NCBI GenBank assembly: GCA_004431415.1
Contig: QPMI01000194.1
Span: forward strand, 1 to 64,000
Direction of reading: 5' to 3'
Source: Cyanophora paradoxa CCMP329
Lineage: Eukaryota; Plantae; Glaucophyta
DNA: 64,000 nucleotides
The notes beneath the pieces were generated by a model. It saw only the letters and a list, made by a program, of their open reading frames with translations, was not told the origin of the DNA and searched no databases. How positions within the stretch are numbered: the first letter of the stretch is position 1; every line of letters begins with the position of its first letter. This document shows positions 35,037 to 49,135 of this stretch, piece by piece. A program made the position numbers and the translations under genes.

Positions 35037-36808
35037 CTAGATTTGCATCTGATTTGCACCCTGGAAGAGCTCCCTCCTAATCTCAGGCGTGATCTTTGCA
35101 TGTTCCTGCTGCCTCAATAACAGCTTGAAAGATTCCTTCGCCTCCGCAGTGATGTCACCCTTGTACCTGTAAGGACGTGCTTGAGTGAAAAGTATCACAA
35201 TGATCACACGAAGGCCCAGACCTCTGAACGAAGGCAAGGAGGGAAAGATGCCAAATCACTGGCATCTGCCTCATCTCTGACAGGAACGACAGAAAATGCG
35301 AAACGATGGCATCAATCACTCTGTAAGGAAGCGAGTACTTCTTCTCAATAAGTGTTCTCAAAAAGATGGAGACTGCGGGACTGTATGCCATCTCGCAGAG
35401 CTAATTTCAGTCAGAAAGAGAGTACAAGAGCTGAAATACAGGAGTGTACCTTTATGATTGCTGCTGCAGAGTGCAACACAGGAACAGAGACTCTGGAAAG
35501 GATAGATGACAAGATCACGGCCTCCCTAATGGAGCAGGTCATCCCCTGTGTCGTATTGTGCAATGAGACAAAATACAACGCATAGGTTGAACATTAAACG
35601 AACCTCGCAAAGTGGCAGAAGAAGACCTTTGTAGAACGCAGCTGGCTTGTACAGAGCCTTTTTGAGCGCCATGTAAAGATGAAAATTTAACTTCTTGTGC
35701 TCCTGGATGTCATGCTGAACACGAGGTAGAAGGATGGTACTGTAAAATCTTTGTAACCAGACATGTTAGAATGGCAATCTGCAGAAATACAAGGAATGGA
35801 GCACCTCTGTGCCATTTTGGCATTTAGGTTCGATGCGAAAAGTCGTGTTGCTTGATACACCGCTGCACATGACCATTCATCCGGTCGTGTAATGAGGAGC
35901 ACTTCTTCCCAGTTGCGAAGAGAAGGCACGATTTTGAATGCTTTCGGAATTTTCCCAGAAGAGTAGGACTTCAAGAGATCACCAACCCTGCACTCCGGTC
36001 TCAGCAGGTTTAGCGGGATGAAACGAAACGATTGTTTACCCCGTGTATACTTCCAGTACCTTAGGGTTCATCTTATCCTCATCTGCACAAGAGTTGGTGG
36101 TGACCAGTAACCATGGATCGATCACACGATCAAGCGCACGCGGCTCGACAACATCGGCAGCGCCCGATTCCTTTTCTTTGATCTTTTCCATTATAATGTC
36201 CGCCAAGGTTCGCCGACTTCCCGCGTCGCTGGGCATAAACATGTTCAGGGTGCGCTCTTCCTCCTCGGTCATCTGACGAAGGGTAAGGATCGCAGCGAAT
36301 CACTGAGCCCTCGAAGCACTGAAGCCACCTCCTCAAACCCTTCCTCTTCAATCTCTCCACGGTCATCATACGCGCCGTCGGAATCAGAGTCCGCATCGCT
36401 GTCAGGCGCAATCTCGGCGCCTGCGGGTCTGCGAACTCAATGAGAACGACTCCTCTCTATGGAAAACAACTAAATACAGAGAGCGCACAGTCCTTCGCGA
36501 GACCCCGCGCGCCCCTCCCCGTCAGAATCAGCTTCGATCTCGTCGAGCTGCTTCCGGGCCTGATCGAGGATCTTCCTCGTAACTTTTGGAGCAAGTACCT
36601 CCTGCAAAACGTGAGAGGGCGTTGCGTACGCGACGCGCGCGGCGCCGCCGACCTCGCCATGATCGTCGGGCCTCTGCCGCTTCGGCTGCCGTGTCTTTGT
36701 CCTCACAGCCTTTTCCGCATCGTACTCATCGAGCAGAGCCCTCTTCTGCTGCACTGGCTGCTCTGCTTTCGGGATCCTGCTGGGCTTGCTGGACCCCGGC
36801 CTCGGCAT
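35037..36808 (-). CDS. BYSL: Bystin / Enp1 (40S biogenesis)
   Basis: [66 protein letters not shown]. Confidence 0.97.
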
Positions 36809-37338
36809 ACTAGCGGTTGCTGCAGCGCTGGCCAGCAAGCACGATACCGTCAGAGCGCGCGACTCGGGCGCGCGGTGCAACGCGACTAGAAGGGTCTCAA
36901 CGCCGCACCGTTCCTGTACCCGTTCCCTGTTCAAATTTGCAGAGTGCATAATCGATATCACGTACCGCGCCCAGCTAGGGAGGGCGCCGGGCCGGGGCGG
37001 GCCGGAAATTAAAGGATTGTTTAATTCGGCTGGGGGGCCGGCCGCGGGCTGCCAGGCTGGGACTAGCTCGGAGTCAGAACGTGAACGACATGTGCACATG
37101 CAGCTAGCACTAATATTTAATATTAATTTCAAGCTGGATGCCGATGATGCATACAACTGATATAACGATATGTGCATGCACATGTTATCATCATGATTGC
37201 CTCCAGCAGCTACCTACTAGAGGCGTCAACTTGCTATATATCAGCTAGGCTGGCTATGAAGGTGGGTCTATAGCTAAGTCTTCCCCAGTCCACCTGCAGC
37301 TCGAGCTTTTGATGTGCTTCAGGTAAACTGGATTCAAG

Positions 37339-38261
37339 TCAAGTCCAAATGACAAGCATGAATAATACAAAGATGATGAGCAGTAGCCAGCCAATTGTGC
37401 AAAGCTTTCCCCGAGATGTGTCCTTGAGCAATTTGTCGAGGCTCTTGTTTAGAAACTTCAGCCTCGAGTGAGCCTCTGTTGCACCTCGCTGTGCGTCATC
37501 GATGAGCTCTCCATGCTCCTCTGCCTTATCCCGAATGTCAACGGCAATCTGATGCATACGGCCTCCAGCGCGCAGAATCTCATCCAGCTGTTCATCCTCG
37601 CGCTTCTCCAGCATCTGCATTCGCATCTTGCGAGCTTCATCCTCTGGAGATGGCGACTCCTGCGCAGCTCGCTGCTGCATCGGTCTACCCGCTCCTCCTG
37701 AGAGAAAGTAAACGGCAATGCGCTTCATAGCTTGGATGGACATACCGGCAGGCCCTGGTAACAAGTCTGAGCGCTTGGATTTCGAAACCGCCAGGGACGC
37801 CTTCAGCTCGTCGATGGCCGCCAGTGTATTGCTCACGAACTGCTTCCTGTTCACGATTTCGTTCTGATCGATGCCGTAGGCATGCCTGCCGCCAACGCTA
37901 AGGCGCAGGGAAGAGCCGGCGCCGCATCCATAACCCGCGACCGCACCTGTCGGACTCTACCCTATCAATGCACATCTCTTCAAGATCCCGCGTGTCGCCG
38001 ATGAGGTTTTGCAACTCCGCAAGGAGATCTGCCTTGGCCTGCGGCCCACTCAAGGCGGCGCGCAGCCGCGGAGGGGCAGACACCAACCTTACTGCTTTCC
38101 GCATTATCTGGAAGCGCTCTCCACCGCTCAAAAGCGGCGCGTGCATTCTTCAGGGATTCGCGGATCTGGTCCCGGCCTGCGAAAACGTTCGCACAAACGA
38201 CTACGAGCTGCGAAAGACACATACCCTCGAAGTAGGGGTCACGGGCCGCGAAGAATGACAT
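37339..38261 (-). CDS. STX6: Syntaxin-6/SYP61/Tlg1-like Qc-SNARE
   Basis: N-terminal DPYFE..., SNARE motif EDEQLDEI..IAVDIRDKAEEHGELIDD, C-terminal TM. Confidence 0.8.
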
Positions 38262-38718
38262 CTCCTGCTCTCTTGGAGCCTGCTGCGCTCTCCTGTGGCA
38301 AGACGCGCTAGCCGGTTCCCAACTTCTTCTGAACGGCCACGCTGAACTATTGCTTTGACCCGGGTCTTCTCGCGCTGAATTCGACGTTCGATTGCCGTAA
38401 GACGTCGGAGCCGGCACTGATTGCGGGCTGCAGCCTGCAGGTCTCGGTCTGAATCGGGGGGGAGGGGGCGAGGGGGGTAAAGGGCACACATCTTTTGCGG
38501 GCAGCAGCGCTCTTCCGCCTCGACTTCTTCAGCGTCTCAGAGCTCGCCAAAAGTTGGGGCTTGACGGCACGAACCGATTCGAACCGTCAAGCACCGCGAC
38601 AGGTAGAAACACAGTCCGCGGTAGAAAACACAGTCATCGCTGCGCACCCCGCGCGCGAGCGAGGTGCGCTTCCGATTGGAGCTCTGCATCCAACGCGCTT
38701 TGAGCGTGTGCGCAGGAC

Positions 38719-39635
38719 ATGAACATCTTCCGGCTTCTCGGCGACCTAGTGCACCTTTCTTCAATATTGGTCCTTCTGTGGAAGGTTCTCCACGTGAAGA
38801 ATGCCGCAGGTAAGGTTCTGGTGAATGCGCCCGCGAAAGTGTGAGGCGCGCCGACGCGTCGCAGGGATTTCGCTGAAGTCGGTGGAACTCTATGCTGTGG
38901 TGTTCTCCTGCAGGTATCTCGACATTTTCTGGAACTTCGCGTCGATGTGTACGTGCTTGGCGCTGCGGACCACCGCACACCGACGCAGTCTGCAGATAAC
39001 TACATCATGAAACTCATTTTCCTCGCTTCCACCTTCGGGATTATTTACGTGTTACGGGTCAAGCATTCGACGTACTACGATCGAACCCAGGATCAAATAG
39101 ATATCCGCTACATTCTGGGCCCATGTGCAGTCCTTGGCTTGATTTTCACAGATCAATTCACGTTCAGTGAGGTGTGAGAGTGCATGCATTGTAATTTCAC
39201 CCGTGAATGCGCTCATTAAGCGCAGATTCTCTGGGCGTTCTCCATATTCCTCGAGGCAGTAGCCATTATACCGCAGCTCTACTTGCTGCAGAGGACTGGC
39301 GAGGTGTGTTCCTGCTCACATCCGAATGTAGTATGCTTCTGACATTCATGATAAGGTTGAGAACCTCACTGCGGACTACATAGCAACGCTCGGTGGGTAC
39401 AGGGCTCTGTACATTCTGGTGTGTCTCGTGCACTTCAATTGTTTTTGGGGGTGCTGAAATCAGAAATTTTCTTCAGAATTGGATATACCGCTATGCCACA
39501 GAGGAGCATTACCGGCAAGGAAAGAACTACGTTGTCTGGATATGCGGGCTCGTGCAAACAGTAATCTACTGCGATTTCTTCTACTACTACTGGAAAAGCA
39601 GGATGCAGGGCAAAAAGATGGAGCTTCCTGCATAG
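38719..39635 (+). CDS. ERD2: KDEL/HDEL receptor
   Basis: [67 protein letters not shown]. Confidence 0.97.
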
Positions 39636-40880
39636 CTCGATTTGCACATCTTTAGCTGTCCCCATAGCAGGTTAGCCTCTGTCTCCCAGTAGGGTAGCAT
39701 TTTGAGACGTGAATTGAAGGGAATATCCGTTTCCAGTGCCCAAACAAGTGTCCGCAGCCATGGCCTAGGTGTTTTCAGCTGGCCGAAATAGTACTGTCTG
39801 GCAATGGCAGTTCATATACATGCTCTTTTTCGATGGTGCTGTTCATGATCGCGATCGCATGCATATGCACGTGTACCGGACAGGCCGGACATGTACAGGG
39901 CCCGGGGTTCAACGTTGGGCTGCCGGTGGCAGACATGGCCAGCTGCATGGCGCACGGAGGGCGCAACGTTAATTATAACTTGCAATTGGCAATGTTTGTG
40001 CATGCACGTGCAACTGGCCATGGCCAGCACTGGCCGAGCGTGGCGCATGGCCGGTGTACATGTACATGCGCACGTGCATGTCCACGGGGAGCACACTGCG
40101 GTATTAAGTATTACGGTATATGTATACGTATATTACTAGTATTAATATTATATATATAACTCCGTAATATATATGATATAGAATGCACTGCAGACATCAA
40201 TCGCGCGCGCGATGCGTGCTCGCCATCTGATCATGATCATGAGGCGTGTGGGCACAGTAGCTAGTATACGTACTAGCGACGACCTCTGGCATCAACTACA
40301 TCCTCGTCTCACCGTGGCACATGTACATGTCGACGTCTGAAGTCGCCCGGAAGTTTCCACATTCCTTGCGCGACCGGCAGGCGCTGCCAACACTTCGATT
40401 CGTGCACGTGTCTTATACATACTCTTCTTCTTCTTCTTCGCACGTGATCAGATTCAAGATTCTGTTAGGACGAGCTACGAGAGCCTCGGAGGGGAGTCGG
40501 AGCAGGTTTTGAAGTTTCTCGAACGTTAACGTTAACTTTGAATTCGCCCCTTAAATTTTCGACACCCTCTTTTTCAAATCTGAGAGAAAAACTTCCCGAG
40601 ATATGGGTCTCTACATGATCAACGCGTTTACGGTTCGTCCGGTTCGTCCTTTGAAGCGTGAGCGTTGTCCACAGGAGCTTGTATGGAAGCTCCGAACTTG
40701 AAATGATTGAAACGGCTGCGCCGAATACCCGTACCCCTTTCATGTCGTGTGGCGACGTGTGCGCATGCTCACTGCTCCGCGAAATTCTGCATGCTCTTTG
40801 TCAGCCGCAGCTATAGAAACGTGCAGTTGTCGCCGCGCGTAGCTTGGTAGCGCGCCGCTGGCGCTAGCTGCAGCTGCCGC

Positions 40881-42105
40881 ATGTCGACCTCCTTCCGCGA
40901 CCTGGAGGCCAACCGAGGCGGCGTACACGACGCTACCCAATCCGCCGCGTCGCGTGGATCCACAAGAGCCGCTGCCGGCAGCAATGGTGCTGCTGCCGAT
41001 TGGGCAAGAAGTGAAGATGTGGTTCAGAGCCACATCTACTTGCTCAACGCGAATGTGAGCGGAATCGAGCGCATGTTGGCATCGCTCGGCGGTCGCGGGG
41101 ACACGCCTGCGATACGCGAAAGGATGTGCGCGCTTGAGCGCGATGAGCGCGCTTGAAAGCTGACAGGTCCCCAGACACCGGTCGGTCGAGGAGTCGCGCA
41201 CCGTCGTGCGGGACACAGAACAGGCCATGAAGGCCCTGAACAGCGTATCGGATGGACAGGACGGCCCGCGCGGCATCCAGAGGCGAAAGTTGATCAAGGA
41301 CCTCCAGCAGTCACTGCGCAGGTTTCAAGACATGTCCCGCGCGTACGGCGAGAAATTGCGTGCGCGCCATTATCTTTTGACAGCAGTTCCCTGGCATTAT
41401 TTTGATTTCTTGCAGGCAAATATCCACAACCGCCAAGCGTGTTCGTTCTCCCCTGCCTGGTACCTTGCCGAGAGCTTACGCGGTCCTCACGTGCTCAGAG
41501 CGGCGGAGCAGCTTGAACAGGGGGTTGCAGAGGATACTGAAAGCACATCCCTAATGGCATCACACAGACGGTTCGTTCCGTTCCTGAATGATGTCCGTAT
41601 CTCACAGCTGTTCCAGTGAGGAGCGGGTTGCTGTTCAGGCGGAGATATTAAGCAACGCGGATCTCATCCAGGAGCGTGCCAAGGCAATCCGTGACGTGGA
41701 AACCAGTGTGCAAGAGGTATTTCTAACTTTTTTGACCCCCTTTTGTTTTATACTTACGGGATCTTTTAGGTCAATGAAATCATGAGGGATCTAGCTGTCA
41801 TCGTTTCAGATCAGGGGGTGATGCTTGGTGTGGCTTTTGCTTGTGCTCGGTCGCCAGTCCGCCTACCAACGGCTCCGCAGACAGCATTGAGAGCAACATA
41901 GTGAGTGCACAGGAGAGGACAGGAGCAGCTGTAAAAGAGCTCGGAAAGGTACGGCTGTCCGAAATTTTTGAATGCTCAGAATGGCTCATTTAGCGATCAG
42001 GCAAGCGAGTATCAGAGGCGGTCGAGAAGGGCAGGTTGCATACTCCTTGTTGTAGCCCTCATTGTGTCCCTCGTCATTGTCTTGTGGCTCACGAACGCAC
42101 TCTAA
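40881..42105 (+). CDS. Syntaxin-7/12/SYP2-like Qa-SNARE
   Basis: MSTSFRDLEA, LGGRGDTPAIRE, QRRKLIKD, IQERAKAIRDVETSVQE|VNEIMRDLAVIVSDQG, C-terminal TM. Confidence 0.88.
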
Positions 42106-42366
42106 GAGTTGTATAGAATCGCAGGCGGAAGCTTTCATTTGTAATTATAACTCCATCTCGAGCCCATGGCCATCAGGTCGGGCTCCCGTCGTCATCGTCA
42201 CACAGATCAAGAAGATCGACCACGCGGCCGGCCTGTATGGCGCTATAGACTGAGATGAGTTTTGGTCAAGGATTTGAGCACGGGGGAAAGCTGTGAGTGC
42301 AAGCAGTGCCAAGCACTTCGAGGGGGGTACAGAGAGCTGCGAAAGGGCGATCTGCTCGGCGGGACG

Positions 42367-45080
42367 ATGGCGTCTCCGCAGATGGCGCAGCTGTTCTCGC
42401 GCTCAACGCAGGCGAGTGTTCGCCCCTGCCGCGCCGCGCCGCCCCTGATCTGCGCAATCACAGGCGTTGATCTTCAACTACAAGCCGAATCCAGTGCAGC
42501 GCATGCTGGATTTTGACTTTCTGGCGAGGCGTGAGACTCCCTCTGTCGCTGGTACCGCCCCTCGCGGCTTTTTGACTCCTGGCGCGCGGGCTGACTTCTC
42601 GCGCGCGGGGCAGGCCTCATCAACGTCGGCTCCAAGGGCGGCTTCGAGAAGGTTTTCTTTGGCACAAAGGAGATTGCGGTTCCAGTTTACGCTAGCACGC
42701 AAGACGCCGTGCGTGCGCATCCGAATGCCGACGTGTTCATCAACTTCGCATCTTTCCGGAGCGCGTACCAGTCTTCCCTCGAGGCGCTGGAGATTCCTTC
42801 CATTCGTGTTGTCGTTATCATCGCCGAGGGCGTCCCGGAGGCGGATGTGAAGAAGTTAATCGCAGTCTCCAAGAAGAAGGGGAAGATTATCATCGGTGCG
42901 GACTGCGCCTGCGTTTTACGAAGTGAAGAGCTTATTCTCTTTTCAAAGGACCGGCCACCGTCGGAGGTGTTCAGGCTGGCGCTTTCAAGATCGGTGACAC
43001 TGCTGGCACTGTCGACAACATCATTTCCTGCAAGTTGCACCGGCCTGGGAGCGTCGGATTTGTATCGAAGAGTGGAGGTCTTTCGAATGAGGTCCATCGC
43101 TTCCCTTCGTCTGTGTCTGTCCCTCCGTGCATGTTTAAGCGGTGGGGAACAGTGCTACAACATTTTGTCGCGAACCACCGATGGGCTGTTCGAGGGCATT
43201 GCTGTCGGAGGTGACGCTTTTCCTGGCACTACTCTTGCCGATCACGTCATCCGCTTCCAGCACATCCCTCAGGTCTGTCGAGAAAATCACCTGCAACAGC
43301 CTTTCCCTCACAGCCATACAGGTCAAGATGATAGTCGTTCTTGGCGAGCTTGGCGGTACCGATGAGTACGAGATCGTCGAAGCTATGAAGAAGGGTGTCA
43401 TTACTAAACCCATCTGTGCTTGTACGTTACTCGTGTCATCATCGGGAGGGATCTCAGAGCTGAGTTACATGTCCAGGGGTTTCTGGCACTTGTGCGAAGG
43501 TGTTCCCATCGGAAGTGCAGTTCGGACATGCTGGCGCCAAGAGCGGTGGCATGGCAGAGTCTGCCGAGGCCAAGAACCAGGCCCTGCGCGATGCTGGAGC
43601 ACACGTGCCCACCTCGTTCGAAGAGCTGGTACGGCCAGTGAGGGAGATTTCCCCTTCGAGCCGCTTCTGATTGCACGCCTTGCATCTTGCAGCCGGATAC
43701 CATCGGAAAGGTGTACAAGGACCTTGTCAACTCCGGCAAGCACGTCCCTGTACAGGATATTCCAGCCCCTGAAATGCCGATGGATATCAAGAAGGCTATG
43801 AAAGCTGGCAAGGTCAGGCGTAGCACACAGCAGGAAGCATTCGAACCCTTGAAAATGTTGTCTGACATGGAGACAGATTCGGGCATCGACCAATATTATC
43901 TGCACGATCAGTGACGACCGAGGCGAGGAGCCAACGTATGCAGGCATCCCCATGTCAGAAATGATTGAACAGGTTTGTTTCAGACCGCCCTCGCTTCGCT
44001 TTGCTTCCAGATGAATGCCCCGAGCAGGAGTACTCTGTTGGAGATGTGTTGGCCCTGCTGTGGTTCAAGCGACAGCTTCCCAAGTATGCAACGCGTTTCC
44101 TGGAAATGTGCCTCATCATCTGCGCGGATCACGGACCATGTGTTTCTGGCGCACACAATGCTATTATTGCTGCACGTGCAGGAAAGGTACAACATCATGC
44201 CGATATTCAGTGTCTCTGGGGAGTCTCATGCAATCGTTTAGGACCTCGTCTCTTGTGTCGCTTCTGGTCTTCTTACGATTGGGCCGCGTTTTGGTGGAGC
44301 AATAGACGATGCAGCGCGTGACTTCAAGGCAGCATGCGATGCAGGGATGGCAGCGGATGAGTTTGTGGAATCGATGAAGAAGCTCGGCAAGCGCATTGCA
44401 GGTATCGGTCACAGGTCTGTTTTCCTGTCCTTTCATCACTGCTTTGCATGACTGAATGAGCTCCAGGATCAAGACGGCAGAAAATCCGGACAAGCGTGTC
44501 CAGCTCCTGTCTGAGTATGCCGATCGGCACTTCCCGACAACCAAATATCTCAACTTCGCGAAGTCCGTTGAGGTCCGTTTTTGTGGAGTCGGGGCTGACA
44601 CCCCAGAGATGCGCACATGCTAAGAGAATTCGTTCAGGCATACACACTGACGAAGTCAAACAACCTGATTCTGAATGTTGATGGCTGCATCGGCGCCCTG
44701 TTTTGCGATTTTCTTGTCAGCTCACAGTGTTTCACGTACGTCATGCAAGAGATTTTATTTTGCAATGGTTTGAGTTTTTGCAGCGATGAGGAAATCCAGG
44801 AGGTGCTTGACATCGGGACAATGAATGGACTCTTTGTGCAGGCAAGAACTATTGGCCTGATTGGGCATGCATTGGTGTGCATTCACGTTGTATCTGGCTT
44901 CTTCCAGAGATCCTGACCTCAGCGCAGGATCAGAAGCGCCTGAAGCAGCCCCTCTACCGGCATCCTTGGGACGATATTCTTTACGCTGAGGAGTATTTGA
45001 CTCGGGAGCAGAAGGAGGAGGCGAGGATGTCTGGCAACAAGAGCCAGAAGGACTTCGTAGAGATGCAGCTCCGGAGCTAG
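42367..45080 (+). CDS. ACLB: ATP-citrate lyase subunit B (CoA-binding / citryl-CoA lyase)
   Basis: QLFSRSTQ|[62 protein letters not shown]. Confidence 0.97.
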
Positions 45081-45650
45081 GTTTAGGGCATATGCTTTGA
45101 TCGTGACACGTGATGTTCTAGCTGTTTTTTTGGGGGAGGGGGGCATTCTCACTCCGATTGTTATGCATATGCAATGATAAGTGCAGAACTCGAAGGGCAG
45201 CCTGGCAGAGGGTCGGCATTGAGCCAAGCCTATAGCCTATAGCTAGGTAGCTGAGGGGCTTGGCACCGCGACGTGGATTTGAAGAGCTTGACAGTGAACT
45301 TCGGAAGCTTAAATTTGAAGCTAATTATAAAGCCTTGCTGGCACGCTCCCATGACCGTGAAATCCACCTGTCTTAAGCTTGGCACGTGCACGCGCACACG
45401 CGTACGTAGATCTCATATGTGCATACGCATGCATATATTTAGTCCAAATTGATCTGCCAGAGCCAGGGTGCTTCGCCTCTACCCCCCACCACCCATTCCC
45501 CCCTCCAAGACTCAGCCTGGCCGCGCGCGTTTCGCCGTCGAGCCTGCAGCGCATTCAACATCATTGTAGCCTCAAACGCGCAGTCAGCGTACCTTTCGAA
45601 CCCGGCGCGGCGTCGAGCACTTTCGTCTGCACCGCAGCAGCGCGTACAGG

Positions 45651-46628
45651 ATGTCACAGACAGCCGGCGATTGGTACAACTCGCTGCCGAAGGTTCATGC
45701 TCGGCGCGCACGTGCTCGTGCGAGCCTTCGTTCCAAGCCCGGCGCAGGTTTCGCGGTGCTACCTGACCGCCGCGTTTCTGGCGACGTGCGCAACAACTTT
45801 CAAGATCGTCTCGCCTTACAAGCTCGTGCTGGACTATTCGCTCGTCTTTTACAAGTTTCAGGTGTGAAGTTGTACGCGCCGCTCATTCTCGGAGCTGAAA
45901 AACTCCCACGCATATGAACTAGATCTGGCGGCTTGTATCATGCTTCGTCTGGCTCGGCCCCTTCAGTCTCCCATTTGTTATGAAGCTCTTCTTCCTCGCA
46001 AAGTATGGCCCTGAGCTCGAGAAGAATTCCTTCAATGGCAATTCAGCAGATTTCTTTTATATGATGCTGCTGGGTGGCTTCACGCTGCTCGGTTCGGCAT
46101 GCTTCATCTTACTTCGGACATATCTAATGTAATACTCAGGGATCAATTGGTTCATTGGACAAGTGTTACTGGGGGATGCCATGATCTTCATGCTTATCTA
46201 CGTCTGGTCTCGGCGCAACATACATGTGAATATGTCATTCTACGGATTGTTCCAGTTCAAGGTGCGAGCATGCCTTGGTGAGACATCATGCACGCTTGTA
46301 TAATGATCTGCAGGCACCTTACTTCCCTTGGGTTCTTGTCCTCTTCTCACTTCTCATGGGAGGGGATCCGATTCTAGACCTGATGGGCATTGCCGTCGGG
46401 CACCTGTACTACTTCTTTGCGGACGTGGTTCCAACTCAGCCAAATGGGCTGCGCCTCATCAAGACCCCATCCTTCATCCGCGAGAGGATAGGGACTTCAT
46501 TCACAGGATCCAACTCCGCCACGCAAGGGGGCGCTTACGCAGGTGCACAGCAGCGGGCACCTGCCCAGCAGCAGCCAGGCATGGGCGGCTACCACTGGGG
46601 TGCTGGTAGGCGCCTGGGTCGGGATTAA
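45651..46628 (+). CDS. DERL: Derlin (ERAD)
   Basis: WYNSLPK|VSRCYLTA, KFQ|IWRLVSCF, YVWSRRN, K|APYFPWVL, DLMGIAVGHLYYF, C-terminal WGAGRRLG (SHP box). Confidence 0.95.
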
Positions 46629-48441
46629 GTGTAGCATTTCAAGAGCTTGATGGCTTTATCGAAAAGCTATTCGGTGCTACTATTCAACAATGATATAGTG
46701 TTGTGCCTTTTTTTGATTTTAAGTGTCCAGCCTCGCCCGAACTGAAATCAAAGTCATAATCAAACCTTGCCCCACCGGTACCCCCTGCCTTGCGCCTGAA
46801 ATCAGAATTCATTCATTGAGTCAAAATCCAGCATAAATACTCGTAGCAGCCCCGTGGCAGCAGCCGTGACGGATCCGGATGTGCCATAGTGAATGAATTC
46901 GCACACACCGAGACATGTACAAATGGCTTTGGATAGAACTGTCGTGTCCATCTGTGTCGAGTCGACGTCGATCGCGAGAGATGAGCCGACAGGAACAAGC
47001 CTTTTGGACATCGGACCGGGTGGAGCTCGGAAATGGAAATAGCTTTAGCTACCCCGGGCCCGAGGATCCGGACTATGTTTAGCGCTGCAGTACAGGGGAG
47101 ATCCTACTGGAGCTCGAGGGAAGGGAGTGACTACCCGAGGGCGAAAGGGGAAGCAGAAGCCAAAAGATAAGTGGGCGGCTAAAAGAACTGCAGCTGGCCA
47201 TGGAGCGCTAGCTATATATACGTACGCGTATACGTATATACCTAGCAAGCTATAGCGAAGGCCTCTGGGAAGGCCTAGGCACCCTGTAGCCTAGTAGTCT
47301 AAACCACTATGGACATGCTGAGGTACGGCCTGTCGCATGTACCGGATATCGATGTGCCGCATGCGCAGCGTACCGGTACCAGCTAGCGCCAGCTATAGCG
47401 CTAGCGCTGGCAATATTAAAACATGCCATGCATGGCACCAGCTGCAGCCGCCCCAGTGTGATCTGTAGTGTATTCTATATATAGCTATATATTATATACC
47501 TAGTCCTGAATTTGCAGCCAACCGTTGAACGGCTCAATTTGTATATACCCCTTCATATGCCGCCCGGCGGCCTCGTCAAATCCGTTTCCCTGCGGCCACG
47601 ACCGGGATTGCCCGCCGGAACGAGTTGGAGACAACCGGGAACGGCCTCCTCTACGCGCTCGAGCTAGCGGCGAGCCCGTAGCTAGCCCGGTTCAACGGTT
47701 GCCGAGAACGGGGACATACATCGTGCATATGCAAGTCCGACGGTCCATGCACGTCGCCGGAGCGCGCCGCCGGACACCCGAAAATGAGCGCGGATGCGGT
47801 TTTCAACTCCCGGTCTTCAATTCGGGCCGCGTTCGAACCGCGGATCTAAAAAAACCCGCGGGGGGTATACGCAACGGGAGCCCACAGCTGCTCGTAAAGC
47901 GCAGTCTGCAGGTGCAGCGCACATCAGACGCAGTCGCGAGGCAGCAGCACAGTTCTGTTGCCTTTCGGGACCGGGCGCCGGTCGGGAGAGAGCGCCTTCA
48001 GGTGAATTCCTCGAGCTCTGCGCCCGCGGCTGACATCGCGCCCGCACCGCGGCTCGCAACATCGCTCACCGTTCATCCCTCCCGATCCGCTTATTCACGC
48101 GCCGCGGGCTTGCGCCGCGTTCACGGACCGCGCAGAGCTTGAACACTCCCATCGCGCGCCTCTGGCTCGCTGGCCGGCCTGGATAGACGATTGGCTCCTT
48201 GAAGCCTCAGAGGATGTACGCTATTGCTTTGATGGCTCTGCGCTGGCCGCCCTGACCGCGCTGGCCGCAGTGGGACGTCCGATTCAGGCGAACTGAAAAA
48301 GCTCGCCCTGCCTGGGGCTATCAATGCCCCCCGGACGGCAAGTGCTCACTTGAAGACTGTCTTCTTCACATCGTGCATGGTGCGCTCGCCCCGCCCGGCA
48401 GGTTCACTTGAAGTCTCACGGGTTCCTTCACAGACGGCGGA

Positions 48442-49135
48442 CCTCGCTCTTTGGGCCAGGTGAGCCGGCGGCGCGGCCGGACGGCTCTCGCAACGGTCTC
48501 TGAGATATTCACCCGCAGATGCCCTCCGTAGCGCGCGCTCGCAGCCCGCGGGGCGCCCAAGCGCATCGAGAGCTCGGGGCTCGTCCGGCGGGCCTCGCTC
48601 TTTGGGCCCGGTGAGCCGGCGGCGTGGCCGGGCGGCTCTCGCAACGGTCTCTGAGATATCCGCACGCAGATGCCCTCCGTAGCGCGCGCTCGCAGCCCGC
48701 GGGGCGCCCAAGCGCATCGAGAGCTCGGGGCTCGTCCGGCGGGCCTCGCTCTTTGGGCCAGGTGAGCCGGCGGCGCGGCCGGACGGCTCTCGCAACGGTC
48801 TCTGAGATATCCGCATGCAGATGCCCTCCGTAGCGCGCGCCCGCAGCCCGCGGGGCGCCCAAGTGCATCGAGAGCTAGGGGCTCGTCCGGCGGGCCTCGC
48901 TCTTTGGGCCAGGTGAGCCGGCGGCGCGGCCGGGCGGCTCTCGCAACGGTCTCTGAGATATCCGCTCGCAAATGCCCTCCGTAGCGCGCGCCCGCAGACC
49001 GCGGGGCGCCGAAGCGGATCGAGAGCTAGGGGCTCGTCCGGCGGGCCTCGCTCTTTGGGCCATGCATGGCCAGGTGAGCCGGCGGCGCGGCCGGGCGGCT
49101 CTCGCAACTATCTCTGATCTATCAGCGCGCAGATG
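48442..49135. repeat. 151-bp tandem satellite, about 4.5 units, followed by a ~25-bp sub-repeat to about 49220
   Basis: CCTCGCTCTTTGGGCC starts at 48442, 48593, 48744, 48895 and 49046. Confidence 0.97.

Noticed and set aside
46802-47011. 69-aa minus-strand ORF as a gene
   Set aside because: No recognisable motif or supportable exon chain.
48346-49107. Long repetitive ORFs in all frames
   Set aside because: By-product of a GC-rich 151-bp (non-triplet) satellite; the same peptides rotate through frames.
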